Shown: positions 36,232 through 45,593, numbered from the stretch's first letter. The stretch: 64,000 nucleotides of DNA from Nitrospirota bacterium (GCA_040753615.1 JBFMDO010000075.1:308-64307); one strand, 5' to 3'. Program-made: numbers and translations. Notes: generated by a model not told the origin, from the sequence alone.

Positions 36232-38928
36232 ATGTCAAAACAGGGCGGTTTGCTTCGTGTCATATTTGTAGCAGTTTTACTAATAGCAGGGAACTTCTCC
36301 TATGCTGATGAGACATTTGTGGTGACAGAGGAAGTAGTATTTGTTCGTGAGGATCCTAAAAAGGTATTGCCACATGAGGATGGAATATATAGCGAACCAT
36401 TTCCTCCACATTTCTTTTATGGAGAAAATATAACCGGGGTAGTAGAAAGGGAAAATCCTGATGTTGTAAAGGCAAAAATAACACTGTATGAATGGGAGCA
36501 GAATAAACGCAAGGAAAAAAAGATTACAGGTTATATAGATAGAAAAAAGCTATGGCAGGAACCATCTCTGATGAAAGTTCCAACAAATCTCTATATGACC
36601 TTGCAAGATACAGATGTCTATCTTATCCCTGAGGAAACATCTCAAATTGTCATTTCATTATATCAGGGAGAGGTTGTTGAGGTTGTAGGACAGGTGAAAT
36701 ATGGTAATACCTCATGGATAAAGACGAAATTCGGCAGTACTGATAAAGGAAGTTACTATGGTTATTCCGAGGATAAAATAAGAGAATCATCTGAGCCTGC
36801 ACGTTTTGGTTATATTAAGGAAGGCGATCTTCAACCCTTAGAAGCAGGGAAAGTAGATGAGTCAAAATTGGCTATTTCAGAAATCCCAAAAACAATGCGT
36901 TATTCTAAGCTAACTTTTTCAGATGAGGAAAGAGAACGTCTTGCTGCACGCGGATTCTATATCGAATCTGTTCTCCCGGCTAAAAAAGTATATATTGATG
37001 ACATGGTTGACCTCTATCAAAATGTTAGCTCAGCGATTTTTATCACCTCAGACCTATACCTTCACTCCTTTCATCTTATCTTTGATAGGATGCTTCAGGA
37101 TATTGAGGAGAAAAGGTTATTTCCTGAGATTGAGAGCTTGACAAAAAAGCTCGTAGAAGTGACTAAAAAAGAGATTAAATCAAACAGGAGTAATTATAAT
37201 AAGACTAAAAGGGCATTTTTGCATATTCTGAATGTTGCAGGTTTTGCAAATTTTCAGATCAGTAGTAATGATAAAATCGAAAATGCACTCTTGCATAATC
37301 TCTTCTTCTTCTCTGTTGCAGCAAAACTTTTTGATCCCGAGTTTGTTGTGCCACTGGAGGTTCGCTCAGATGTAGAATCAATTGTTCAAAGGATAGTGAT
37401 AGCAGAAGGACCATTGCCTTCGTTAAAGAACAAGATTGAACTTGGCGAAGAAGATTTTACGCAATACCGCGTTCGAGGACATTATCAGAAAAAAACTCAC
37501 AAAACAGGAATGACTGAGGAAGTGGTAACAGATGACCTGCTCGAACGGTATTTTCGCGGGATGATGTGGTATGGAAGGCATCCATTTCTCTTGTCAGGTG
37601 ATATAAAAACCATTTCTGCTATTTTGATTACGCGGGCATTAGAAACCTCAGGTGAAATGAAAAGATGGGAAAGAATTAATGCGATGCTGGCAAGGCTTAT
37701 CGGCAAAACAGACGACTGGTCTCCTGAAGATTATAGTAAGGTAATTGAAAAGGTGTTCGGGACCACGTCACCCAATCTTGAAGATATTGCAACCAATGAT
37801 AAGATAAAAGATTTTAAAGAACAAGCTGTAAAAATGCTCCCGAGCCAGAGGATTGTCAGTATGCAGACAGGTGGTGGCTTTACTCAGAAAGAACGGTTGG
37901 AAATGACCTCTGGATTCAAGTTCATGGGGCAGAGGTTTACTCCAGATGCATATATATTTAGTCAACTTATATTACCATCCGTCCCTCGCAATCTTCCCAC
38001 TTCTCTGGATGTAATGTCAATATTGGGTTCAAAAGCAGCAGAAGATATACTTAAAGAAAAAATTAGCGCACATGAATGGGCAGAAGATTATAAATCTCAA
38101 GCAGATAAGCTTAAAAAAGAGATAGTCAGTGAAATAGAGAAAAAAGAAACATCATATAGCAACTGGCTTTATACTCTTGCATCTCTATACCATGCAACTA
38201 AAAGTAAACAGCTTTTTGCGATACAAGAGCCATGGTTATATAAAAATCTAAATACCGCACTCGGCTCATGGACTGAGCTTAAGCATGATACGATCCTTTA
38301 CTCCGAGCAGTGCTACGCGGAGCACGGCGAGGGGACCTGTTTTGAGATTCCTGTTTATGAACCGCCTTATGTAAAGGGCTATGTTGAGCCAAATCCAGAA
38401 TTTTTCAAAAGACTTATGGAGATGGTTTCAATAATGCGATTAGACCTTCAAAAAAACAGGTTTATAACTGACGAATATAATGACAAGCTTCAGACATTTG
38501 AATCACTGGTTAAAAGGGCTTGCGAAATAGCAAAAAAAGAAATAGAAGGTAATCCTATTACAAAGGAAGATTATCGCTGGATGTTGAGCATGACCAGATC
38601 GTTTGACAGAAGCCTTATCCTTTCCCGTGATTCTTATGCCGTCGTGGATTCCGAAACACTAAAGATGGCAGTTATCGCAGATGTGGCTACTGATGCAGTA
38701 TCCGGACAGGTTCTTGAAGTAGCAGTAGGTATCCCTCAGAGGATCACCGTTGTTGTCAAAGATTCCTATGGCGGTACAAGAATTACCACAGGCTATGTTT
38801 ATTCATGGTACGAATTTGCAGATACAAAGAGATGGACAGATGAGGAATGGAAGGCACTGGTTTATGATGAGGATCAGGATAAGTTGAAAAAGCTGGGGAC
38901 CTCATGGTATTCAAGATTCGAAAACTAA
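36232..38928 (+). CDS. Large exported protein: SH3b-like N-terminal region + DUF3160-like domain
   Basis: Signal peptide. SH3-like QGEVVEVVGQVKYGNTSWIKTKF. DUF3160-like motifs ITSDLYLHSFHLIFDRML, FMGQRFTPDAYIF, LGSWTELKHDTILYSEQ. Confidence 0.65.
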   Translation: MSKQGGLLRVIFVAVLLIAGNFSYADETFVVTEEVVFVREDPKKVLPHEDGIYSEPFPPHFFYGENITGVVERENPDVVKAKITLYEWEQNKRKEKKITGYIDRKKLWQEPSLMKVPTNLYMTLQDTDVYLIPEETSQIVISLYQGEVVEVVGQVKYGNTSWIKTKFGSTDKGSYYGYSEDKIRESSEPARFGYIKEGDLQPLEAGKVDESKLAISEIPKTMRYSKLTFSDEERERLAARGFYIESVLPAKKVYIDDMVDLYQNVSSAIFITSDLYLHSFHLIFDRMLQDIEEKRLFPEIESLTKKLVEVTKKEIKSNRSNYNKTKRAFLHILNVAGFANFQISSNDKIENALLHNLFFFSVAAKLFDPEFVVPLEVRSDVESIVQRIVIAEGPLPSLKNKIELGEEDFTQYRVRGHYQKKTHKTGMTEEVVTDDLLERYFRGMMWYGRHPFLLSGDIKTISAILITRALETSGEMKRWERINAMLARLIGKTDDWSPEDYSKVIEKVFGTTSPNLEDIATNDKIKDFKEQAVKMLPSQRIVSMQTGGGFTQKERLEMTSGFKFMGQRFTPDAYIFSQLILPSVPRNLPTSLDVMSILGSKAAEDILKEKISAHEWAEDYKSQADKLKKEIVSEIEKKETSYSNWLYTLASLYHATKSKQLFAIQEPWLYKNLNTALGSWTELKHDTILYSEQCYAEHGEGTCFEIPVYEPPYVKGYVEPNPEFFKRLMEMVSIMRLDLQKNRFITDEYNDKLQTFESLVKRACEIAKKEIEGNPITKEDYRWMLSMTRSFDRSLILSRDSYAVVDSETLKMAVIADVATDAVSGQVLEVAVGIPQRITVVVKDSYGGTRITTGYVYSWYEFADTKRWTDEEWKALVYDEDQDKLKKLGTSWYSRFEN

Positions 38929-39818
38929 CAATAACCATAATGTTTTTATTGTTATTATTTACTGAATCGCTTTATGCCCGTGATCACCATTTTTCATACT
39001 ACAGTGATATGCCTGAGATATTTTTGAATGTGATAGAAAATTACAGGAGTTCACAGCCTGAAGCATGCAAACAGGAAAACGGGATTATCCGTGGAGGTAT
39101 AGTAACTCATCATTTTCTTGCAAGCCGGCTGATGGTAGATTTTTTTGAATGCCTCGCTTCGCAGGCTGAACCTGAACGAATCATCCTGATCGGACCTGAC
39201 CACTTTGCTAAAGGGGTTTACCCTATTACGGTTTCTGCACTTCCATGGAAAACTCCCTTTGGGGAATTACCTGCGGATGAAAGTATCGTTAGCAGGATAA
39301 AAGAATTACTCAACCTGAGTGATGACGTCGAAGCCTTCAGCGGAGAGCACTCTATCGGAATTATTGTGCCTTTTATCCGATATTATTTTCCAAGAAGCAA
39401 GATTATACCTATTATAATACAGGGGCAGATTTCCATGTACACATTGGTCGAACTTAAGCAAATAATTAGTCAACTTCTTAATGATCATAAGACCCTTGTC
39501 CTCTTGAGCATGGATTTTTCACACAACCAGACATCTGAGGAAGCTGATCAGAGAGACGAAAATTCAAGAGATGCGATACTTCAGCTTGATTGCAAACGAA
39601 TAAGTGAACTTGATATTGACTGCCGCCATGGTCTTTTTCTCTTGATGGCAACTTTAAAGGAATTGAAAACTATGAATATTTACTTCCGACAGCATACTAA
39701 CTCAGCAAAGATTACGGGATTAAAAAATTTAAAAGACATTACAAGTTACTATACGATATTTTTCTATAAGCAGGACCTCTCTAAGCAAAATGATAGGGGG
39801 GAGAAGAAAGATGAATAA
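38904..39818 (+). CDS. Memo-like (AmmeMemoRadiSam system protein B / class III extradiol dioxygenase B-like) protein with an N-terminal hydrophobic leader
   Basis: GGIVTHHFLAS, IILIGPDHF, SGEHSIGIIVPFIRYYFP, LSMDFSHNQ. Leader TITIMFLLLLFTESLYA. Confidence 0.7.
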   Translation: MVFKIRKLTITIMFLLLLFTESLYARDHHFSYYSDMPEIFLNVIENYRSSQPEACKQENGIIRGGIVTHHFLASRLMVDFFECLASQAEPERIILIGPDHFAKGVYPITVSALPWKTPFGELPADESIVSRIKELLNLSDDVEAFSGEHSIGIIVPFIRYYFPRSKIIPIIIQGQISMYTLVELKQIISQLLNDHKTLVLLSMDFSHNQTSEEADQRDENSRDAILQLDCKRISELDIDCRHGLFLLMATLKELKTMNIYFRQHTNSAKITGLKNLKDITSYYTIFFYKQDLSKQNDRGEKKDE

Positions 39819-39850
39819 CAACACTCAAGTGTCCTAAAATAATATATTAA

Positions 39851-39880
39851 CTGACACAACACTGCTGATTATGAGATAAT
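39851..39880 (+). promoter_or_regulatory. Candidate internal promoter CTGACA-18 nt-GATAAT upstream of the CsgG-like gene
   Basis: Each hexamer matches consensus at 5 of 6 positions. It lies in the 94-nt gap before the strong SD GAGGGAGG. Confidence 0.35.
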
Positions 39881-39912
39881 ATTTATTATTTTTATAAGAG
39901 GGAGGATGAACG

Positions 39913-40872
39913 ATGAAAAAAGTTTTGATGGGCTTCTTGGTCATTGCATTTATTTGCTTCAGCGCTTACACATCAGAGGCTGCAAAAAAGAAGGTTGCGG
40001 TTCTTGATTTTGAATACGGAACCATAAGAGACAGGTGGTGGCCAGGTGAATGGAATTTAGGCAAAGGGATTTCTGACATGGTAGTCACACAACTCGTAAA
40101 AGACGGCACTTTTTCTGTTATAGAAAGAAACAGGCTTGAAGCTGTTATAAATGAGCAGAAACTCGGCGCAAGCGGACTTGTGGATGCCTCTACAGCAGCA
40201 CAGATTGGCAAAATCCTTGGCGTACAATATGTAGTTATAGGAAGCATAACCCAATTCAGCCTTGATACAAGAACCATTGACACCGGTGGGATTGGAAGAT
40301 TATTTGGGGTTGGTGCAGATGTAGGAGTATCTACAACCACTGCCACCGTATATATTGATGCAAGAATGGTTGATACCACAACTGCTGAAATAGTTGCTGT
40401 GGCTGAGGGCAAGGCATCTGAGAGCAAGAAAGGATTAAAAATTTCTGCTGCTGATTTTAGGGGCCGCGGTCATATGGCATTAGGTGGTAAAGGATTTGAA
40501 GAAACCCTGCTTGGTCAGGCAACACGCCAGTCTGTAAATGACGTAGTAAAGCAACTCTCAGGCAAGGCTGACACAGGAGAGGCAGAGGTTACAGAAAAGG
40601 GAATAAAGGCAAAGATCGCTCATGCTGAAGATGGAATTATTATTATTGATGCTGGCAGCGACCAGGGGGTAAGCGTTGACCAGACACTATACATTGTCAG
40701 AGTAAAAAAAGAGATAAAAAGCCCTACAACAGGGGAGGTGATAAAGAGATTGACAGAAATAATAGCAGAGATAAAGGTAACAGAGGTTGATAATCTTTCT
40801 GCAACTGCTGAAATTGTAAAAGGCAATATAAAAGATATTCATGTTGGCGATGAAGTAAGTTCTGTAAAATAA
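39913..40872 (+). CDS. CsgG/HfaB-family protein with a C-terminal beta-rich extension
   Basis: Signal peptide. KKKVAVLDFEY…GKGISDMVVTQLVKDGTFSVIERNRLEAVINEQKLGASGLVD…GVQYVVIGSITQF. Confidence 0.8.
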   Translation: MKKVLMGFLVIAFICFSAYTSEAAKKKVAVLDFEYGTIRDRWWPGEWNLGKGISDMVVTQLVKDGTFSVIERNRLEAVINEQKLGASGLVDASTAAQIGKILGVQYVVIGSITQFSLDTRTIDTGGIGRLFGVGADVGVSTTTATVYIDARMVDTTTAEIVAVAEGKASESKKGLKISAADFRGRGHMALGGKGFEETLLGQATRQSVNDVVKQLSGKADTGEAEVTEKGIKAKIAHAEDGIIIIDAGSDQGVSVDQTLYIVRVKKEIKSPTTGEVIKRLTEIIAEIKVTEVDNLSATAEIVKGNIKDIHVGDEVSSVK

Positions 40873-40893
40873 AACCCTGAAAAGGAGGTTTTT

Positions 40894-42102
40894 ATGAGAA
40901 GTTATTTTAAGTTTTTGTATTTAGTATTAATTCTTATATCTATTACAGCTTGTGCAAAGCCAGCAGTTAAATGCACATCTCCTGAAGATAATCCGCCTCA
41001 TCATTATCTCAGGGGTATGGAGAATATTGAACAGGGGAAGGTTGATGTTGCGAAAGAGAAATTTGAAAGGTCACTCTACTGTGATGAAAAATTCTCTCCT
41101 GCGCACAGTGGTCTTGCGATTGTATATGCTGAAAAGGCTAAGGCAGAGAGCGATCCCAAATTTAGAGTTATTGAATCTGAACGTGCTAAAGAATACCTGA
41201 AAAAGGCGGATAAATTTACCAAGACTGATGAAGATAAGTTCATCTATTTTTTAGCAGTCATGAGAGTGAACACTATACTGAAAGAAGAAGATTGGCTTGA
41301 AGATACAAAGGATGCATTCGATGACTGCAAGGACCTGAAGGTTGACGAGAAGAAACTTATCTATTACCAGGGCGTAGAGGCTGCTGATTATTTTATGGGA
41401 CTGGCATATCTGGAGGCAAAGGAATTTCAGAAGGCACGTGATAAATTTGCTGACGTTCTTAATATGAAGAGAGAAGGCAAATGGCATGAAAAGGCAGATA
41501 GGGCATGGAAGCGTGTTGATAAGATAGTGCGGGCAATGGCAGGAATAACAGTAGGGGATGTGGGCAAACAGATAGCAATTAAGGATACCGTCACAAGGGC
41601 AGACCTTGCAGCCCTTCTTATTGATGAGCTTAAACTGAATAAGTTGTTTGCAGGCCGTATCCCTTCACAGTCACAGGAAGAAAAGATGCAAGCGGAATTT
41701 ACACCTGCAGATGTGCTTAATCATAAGTTCAAGGAAGAAGTTCTAACGATAATGAAATGGAAGGTCAGGGGACTTGAACCCAGATATGATGAAATTACAA
41801 AGGCATATCTTTTTAAACCCGCAGAGCCTGTATTAAGGAAAGAAATGGCATTAATCCTCGAGGATGTGCTGATAAAACTTACAGGTGACGAGACGATTTC
41901 GACTGCCTATTTCGGTCATGATAGATCACCATTTCCTGATGTAAAACCAACAGCACCATGGTACAATGCTGTTATGAATATGACCACAAGAGGAATAATG
42001 GAACCTGAACTCTCTGGTGACTTTAGAGCAGAATCACCTGTTGACGGTGCAGAGGCTATTCTTGCAATAAGGGTGTTAAGACAGAAATTAAATATTTATT
42101 AA
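40894..42102 (+). CDS. Lipoprotein with N-terminal TPR-like repeats and C-terminal SLH-like repeats
   Basis: Lipobox ITAC. TPR-like helices. SLH-like FPDVKPTAPWYNAVMNMTTRGIM…VDGAEAILAI, plus VTRADLAALL and LRKEMALIL. Confidence 0.55.
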   Translation: MRSYFKFLYLVLILISITACAKPAVKCTSPEDNPPHHYLRGMENIEQGKVDVAKEKFERSLYCDEKFSPAHSGLAIVYAEKAKAESDPKFRVIESERAKEYLKKADKFTKTDEDKFIYFLAVMRVNTILKEEDWLEDTKDAFDDCKDLKVDEKKLIYYQGVEAADYFMGLAYLEAKEFQKARDKFADVLNMKREGKWHEKADRAWKRVDKIVRAMAGITVGDVGKQIAIKDTVTRADLAALLIDELKLNKLFAGRIPSQSQEEKMQAEFTPADVLNHKFKEEVLTIMKWKVRGLEPRYDEITKAYLFKPAEPVLRKEMALILEDVLIKLTGDETISTAYFGHDRSPFPDVKPTAPWYNAVMNMTTRGIMEPELSGDFRAESPVDGAEAILAIRVLRQKLNIY

Positions 42103-42112
42103 AAATCCACCC

Positions 42113-42153
42113 TTAATCCCCCTTTGCTAAAGGGGGACTGAGGGGGGATTAAT
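42113..42153. repeat. G/C-run hairpin element, intergenic copy (opposite orientation to the kinase copies)
   Basis: ttaatccccctttgctaaagggggactgaggggggattaa. Its reverse complement aligns with copies A and B. It lies between the stop at 42102 and the SD/ATG at 42166. Confidence 0.8.
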
Positions 42154-42165
42154 ATAGGAGGTATT

Positions 42166-43128
42166 ATGAAAAAGATATTTGCAATAGTTGCATGTATGAT
42201 TTTCCTTGTAGCAAGTATTGCCATAACTCAGGAACAACCTTTAGAACAAACCCAGCCCTCAATGCCTTCACAGGAACAACAAGTCCCATCTCCAGTTGAT
42301 GAACGGTTTCAAAAGGCAAACGAGTGGCTCAATCAAAATAATCTGTCTGTTACTGGGTCTTCCTCCGATGCTTTCAGAAGCGGCTATATCCTTGTAGTTG
42401 GCGAGGGTCTTCCAAAAGAAGGCACTGTAAGTGCCGGCAAGAAAAGAATAACCGCAGAAAGGGCAGCAGAGGTAATGGCATACAGGAAATTGGCTGAGTT
42501 TCTGGATGGTGTTGCAGTAGTCGGAGACTCATTAGTAAAGGACGCTTCTTTGGAGTATGACATTGTCAGAACAGCTGTAGCAGGTTTTGTGAAGGGTGCA
42601 CAGGTCGTTTATAAGGAATATAGCAAAGAAGAAGAAATAGCCCTCGTAATAATGAAAGTGGGCATGACAGGCCCTGGCAGTTTTGCTGATGCACTCTATG
42701 GAAAGATATTAAAACCTGAACTAAAGAAAGATTTAGTAGAGCCTCAGCCATCAACAGAGTATAAAACACAGCCTATACCACTTGATGAAAAACATGATGG
42801 ACTTATTGTTGATGCTACAGAACAAAATTTCAGGCCTGCACTGATAAACAGGATATTTACTCAGCAGGGCGAGGTAATTTATGACCCATCAAAAGTAAGC
42901 CAAAAGGTGCTTGTAGAGGAGGGTTGCGGTGAATATACAAACAGCGTTGATAAGGCAAAGGCAGCCCTCGAACAAAGAGGCACAAAAAATCCTTTGATTA
43001 TAAAAGCTGTCGGAACTGTAAGCCCGTCAGACCTCCAGATTTCGGATGACGATGCAGTAAGGATATTTTCTGCAAACCAGAAGGCAAATTTTCTTGCAAG
43101 CGCTAAGGTTGCATTTGTGCTGAGATAG
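42166..43128 (+). CDS. Exported LPP20/FlgP-like protein with a Q/P-rich N-terminal linker
   Basis: Signal peptide. GYILVVGEGLP…RITAERAAEVMAYRKLAEFLDGVAV…AGFVKGAQVV matches the LPP20-like pattern by eye. Confidence 0.45.
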   Translation: MKKIFAIVACMIFLVASIAITQEQPLEQTQPSMPSQEQQVPSPVDERFQKANEWLNQNNLSVTGSSSDAFRSGYILVVGEGLPKEGTVSAGKKRITAERAAEVMAYRKLAEFLDGVAVVGDSLVKDASLEYDIVRTAVAGFVKGAQVVYKEYSKEEEIALVIMKVGMTGPGSFADALYGKILKPELKKDLVEPQPSTEYKTQPIPLDEKHDGLIVDATEQNFRPALINRIFTQQGEVIYDPSKVSQKVLVEEGCGEYTNSVDKAKAALEQRGTKNPLIIKAVGTVSPSDLQISDDDAVRIFSANQKANFLASAKVAFVLR

Positions 43129-43136
43129 AATTAGTC

Positions 43137-43171
43137 ATGAGTGACGGGCTTTTTACCCGCCCGTCACTCAT
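43137..43171 (+). promoter_or_regulatory. 13-bp perfect hairpin (atgagtgacgggc / gcccgtcactcat, 9-nt loop) between the LPP20-like and transglutaminase genes
   Basis: Read directly. It starts 9 nt after the stop at 43128 and contains the GTG at 43141 that opens the downstream ORF. No clear U-tract. Confidence 0.5.
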
Positions 43172-44886
43172 ATATTGCACGGGTTAAAAGATTAGTGCAT
43201 ATTTTAATTATATACCTTATATACCTTCTTATAATTTTTATTATATCTGCACCCTTCCCATGTTCTGCCAAAACCCTTATACTTGATGGAGGCTTAAAAA
43301 GCAGAATTAAAACAACACAGCAGATCAATTTTGATATAGATAAGAATTTAAAAACACTCATTTTCAGGTTTGCGATTCCTACCACCTTTTTAAACAAGGT
43401 AACATCTCAGGACATAGATGGATTACAGATAAGATTTTCTCCTGAGCCAATATCTGTGACAGATGATATAGATAAATTCGGTAATAAATTCAAAAGGGCA
43501 AGATGGGAAAATTTAAGTCAGAACGCCTCTGTCACTATATCATTCAATGCATTTTTAAAATCGGAACTGCGTTCTATGGAAAGCAAGTCGTCATTTCCAA
43601 TAAAGGGCATTTCTGAGGAAGAAAAAGTATTTTTGAAACCTACGGACATGGTTCAGAGCGATAATGAAGAGATTATACTCCTTTCAAAAAGACTTACAGG
43701 AAATGCACAAACAGTGCATAATGCTGTAAATGCAATCTTAAACTGGGTGTCTGACAATGTAAAATACACTTATAATCCGCCACAATATGATGCATTATAT
43801 ACACTTAAAACAGGCAAAGGGAATTGCCAGAATTTTGCGCATCTTTCTATGGCATTGCTAAGGGCGTCAGGTATCCCTTCAAGGATTGTAGGGGGCATCA
43901 GTCTCAAGCGGCAATGGAAGGTTCCTGTTGAAAACGGATATCTGGTGCAGGACATGGGACAAGGGGGCCATGCATGGATGGAGATATTCTTCCCTAATCT
44001 GGGATGGCTTTCCTACGACCCCCAACAGTCAAGGCAGTTCACATCAACTAGGCATATAAAGCAAACCCATGGTCTGGATTCAAAAGACATTAATGATTCA
44101 TGGTCAGCATCGCCATATCTGCCTGGATATAATGAAAATATAGATGCGGTCTTTGACGCAGACGTGGTAGATATAAAACTTGAAACTACATTTGACGCTC
44201 CTGATTCATATATAATGAGCAATAATCTTATAGCAAAGGCTATTGAGGTTCCAATAATAAAGCCTGAACCGCCCCTTAAACCTATCCTCCCACCCAAACC
44301 TGAACCTGTAGCCAAACCTTCTCAGCCTCCTCCACCACCAAAAAAAGGACAGATTGAATTTGGCAATATGGAATTTCCAACACTTGTAGAGGCTTACCAT
44401 ATCAGTGGTAATCAGGCAACAAAAATCCTCGATAAGGAAACATCTGAGTATGTAACATCACGCTATGTTTATGCACAGGCATTTACAGTCGAAAACACCA
44501 TGAGTATAGAGAGTGTTTCGCTTGCCATGCGAAAATTCGGAGGTGATGGCACACTTTATATAGACATTGCAAAAGACGAAAAAGGAAAACCGGGCTTTAT
44601 GGGAGAAAGATCATTGCCTGTACCGCTTAACAAGATAAAGTTCATGCCCGGCTATTACTGGATAAACTTCGTCTTTGCACGAGGCAACGAACCACTGCCT
44701 GTTCTTAAGCAGGGCAAATACTGGATAATTTTAAGACATTCAGGAGAGGCAATAGCAAACTGGTTTTATATCCCGGGGAATCCATACCGCGATAGCGACG
44801 ATACAAGGTCTACCCTCAAAGGGTATAAGTGGGAAGACCTCTTGAATTATGATTTTGTATTTAAGGTAAAAGGGGAAATACAATGA
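43141..44886 (+). CDS. Transglutaminase-like cysteine protease/cross-linking enzyme with a Pro-rich linker and a C-terminal beta-rich domain
   Basis: Core GKGNCQNFAHL…GGHAWMEIF…SYDP (Cys-His-Asp). Linker PEPPLKPILPPKPEPVAKPSQPPPPPKK. The start is uncertain: GTG 43141 lies inside the hairpin, and GTG 43195 is the alternative. Confidence 0.8.
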   Translation: MTGFLPARHSYIARVKRLVHILIIYLIYLLIIFIISAPFPCSAKTLILDGGLKSRIKTTQQINFDIDKNLKTLIFRFAIPTTFLNKVTSQDIDGLQIRFSPEPISVTDDIDKFGNKFKRARWENLSQNASVTISFNAFLKSELRSMESKSSFPIKGISEEEKVFLKPTDMVQSDNEEIILLSKRLTGNAQTVHNAVNAILNWVSDNVKYTYNPPQYDALYTLKTGKGNCQNFAHLSMALLRASGIPSRIVGGISLKRQWKVPVENGYLVQDMGQGGHAWMEIFFPNLGWLSYDPQQSRQFTSTRHIKQTHGLDSKDINDSWSASPYLPGYNENIDAVFDADVVDIKLETTFDAPDSYIMSNNLIAKAIEVPIIKPEPPLKPILPPKPEPVAKPSQPPPPPKKGQIEFGNMEFPTLVEAYHISGNQATKILDKETSEYVTSRYVYAQAFTVENTMSIESVSLAMRKFGGDGTLYIDIAKDEKGKPGFMGERSLPVPLNKIKFMPGYYWINFVFARGNEPLPVLKQGKYWIILRHSGEAIANWFYIPGNPYRDSDDTRSTLKGYKWEDLLNYDFVFKVKGEIQ

Positions 44887-45335
44887 GGCTGTTGAAATGG
44901 TGCTTCCCCCTAATGCTTCTATTTTTGTTTTCTGCAAATGCATTCCCAGCAGGAAAAGAACAACCTTTGCCAAAAGAATATGTCCAGAAACTAAGAAAGA
45001 TAGCAAATTTTTTTGCTGACGAACTGGAAAAAAGAGAGATAAAGACCATTACAGTAAAAGATTTCACCAACATTTATGGCAAACCTTCTGTAATGGGTAA
45101 AAAGATGGCAAGAGAACTCTCAAGACAATTAAAATCTATTGGCAACAAAAATTTCCGTGTAATCAAGGCAGGCGGAGATGCTGTTATTACAGGTATTCTC
45201 GTGCCTTTCACGGAAACCAAAAACTGGAAGCTCGATATAAAAATAGTCTCTGCTGACAGAAGCATGGTTATAATGTCTTATACCGGAATCTTCAAAAAAC
45301 CAGATATAGTAAAGAAAGAGAAAAACCAGAAATAA
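44883..45335 (+). CDS. Small exported protein with a FlgO/LpoB/TolB-N-like pattern
   Basis: Signal peptide …SANAFPAG. IKTITVKDFTN…GKKMARELSRQL…AVITGILVPF. 4-nt overlap with the upstream gene. Confidence 0.6.
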   Translation: MRLLKWCFPLMLLFLFSANAFPAGKEQPLPKEYVQKLRKIANFFADELEKREIKTITVKDFTNIYGKPSVMGKKMARELSRQLKSIGNKNFRVIKAGGDAVITGILVPFTETKNWKLDIKIVSADRSMVIMSYTGIFKKPDIVKKEKNQK

Positions 45336-45446
45336 TCTTTATGTTGCTCTTTATTTCCTATGCCTCTAAAAAGCCTGTCCGGACTGAGGCGGATAGCGAG
45401 ATGAGGCAGGATAGAAAAAATAGACACGAAAATTATTAAAAATTTA

Positions 45447-45593
45447 ATGATACCGAAACCAGATGTCATTGAGCAATCTCACATAACATCCATTCTTTCC
45501 AAAGCCGATAAAAAAATACAAAAAGAACAAGTTAAAAGGAAACAATTATCCCAAGAGGAAGTCCTTGAAGGGTATTTTCCATACTGTAGATAA
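45447..45593 (+). pseudogene. Possible fragment of a type I R-M specificity subunit (HsdS conserved-region-like), 48 codons
   Basis: MIPKPDVIEQSHITSILSKADKKIQKEQVKRKQL resembles the HsdS motif (I/V)P(L/I)PPLxEQxxIxxxLxxxDxxI. There are stops upstream in frame. Confidence 0.3.

Noticed and set aside
33975-45335. Interpreting the FlgT-, FlgP- and FlgO-like proteins as a flagellar H-ring or basal-disk locus
   Set aside because: No flagellar structural, export or motor genes are in the window. The similarities are weak fold-level patterns read by eye. It is kept only as an analogy.
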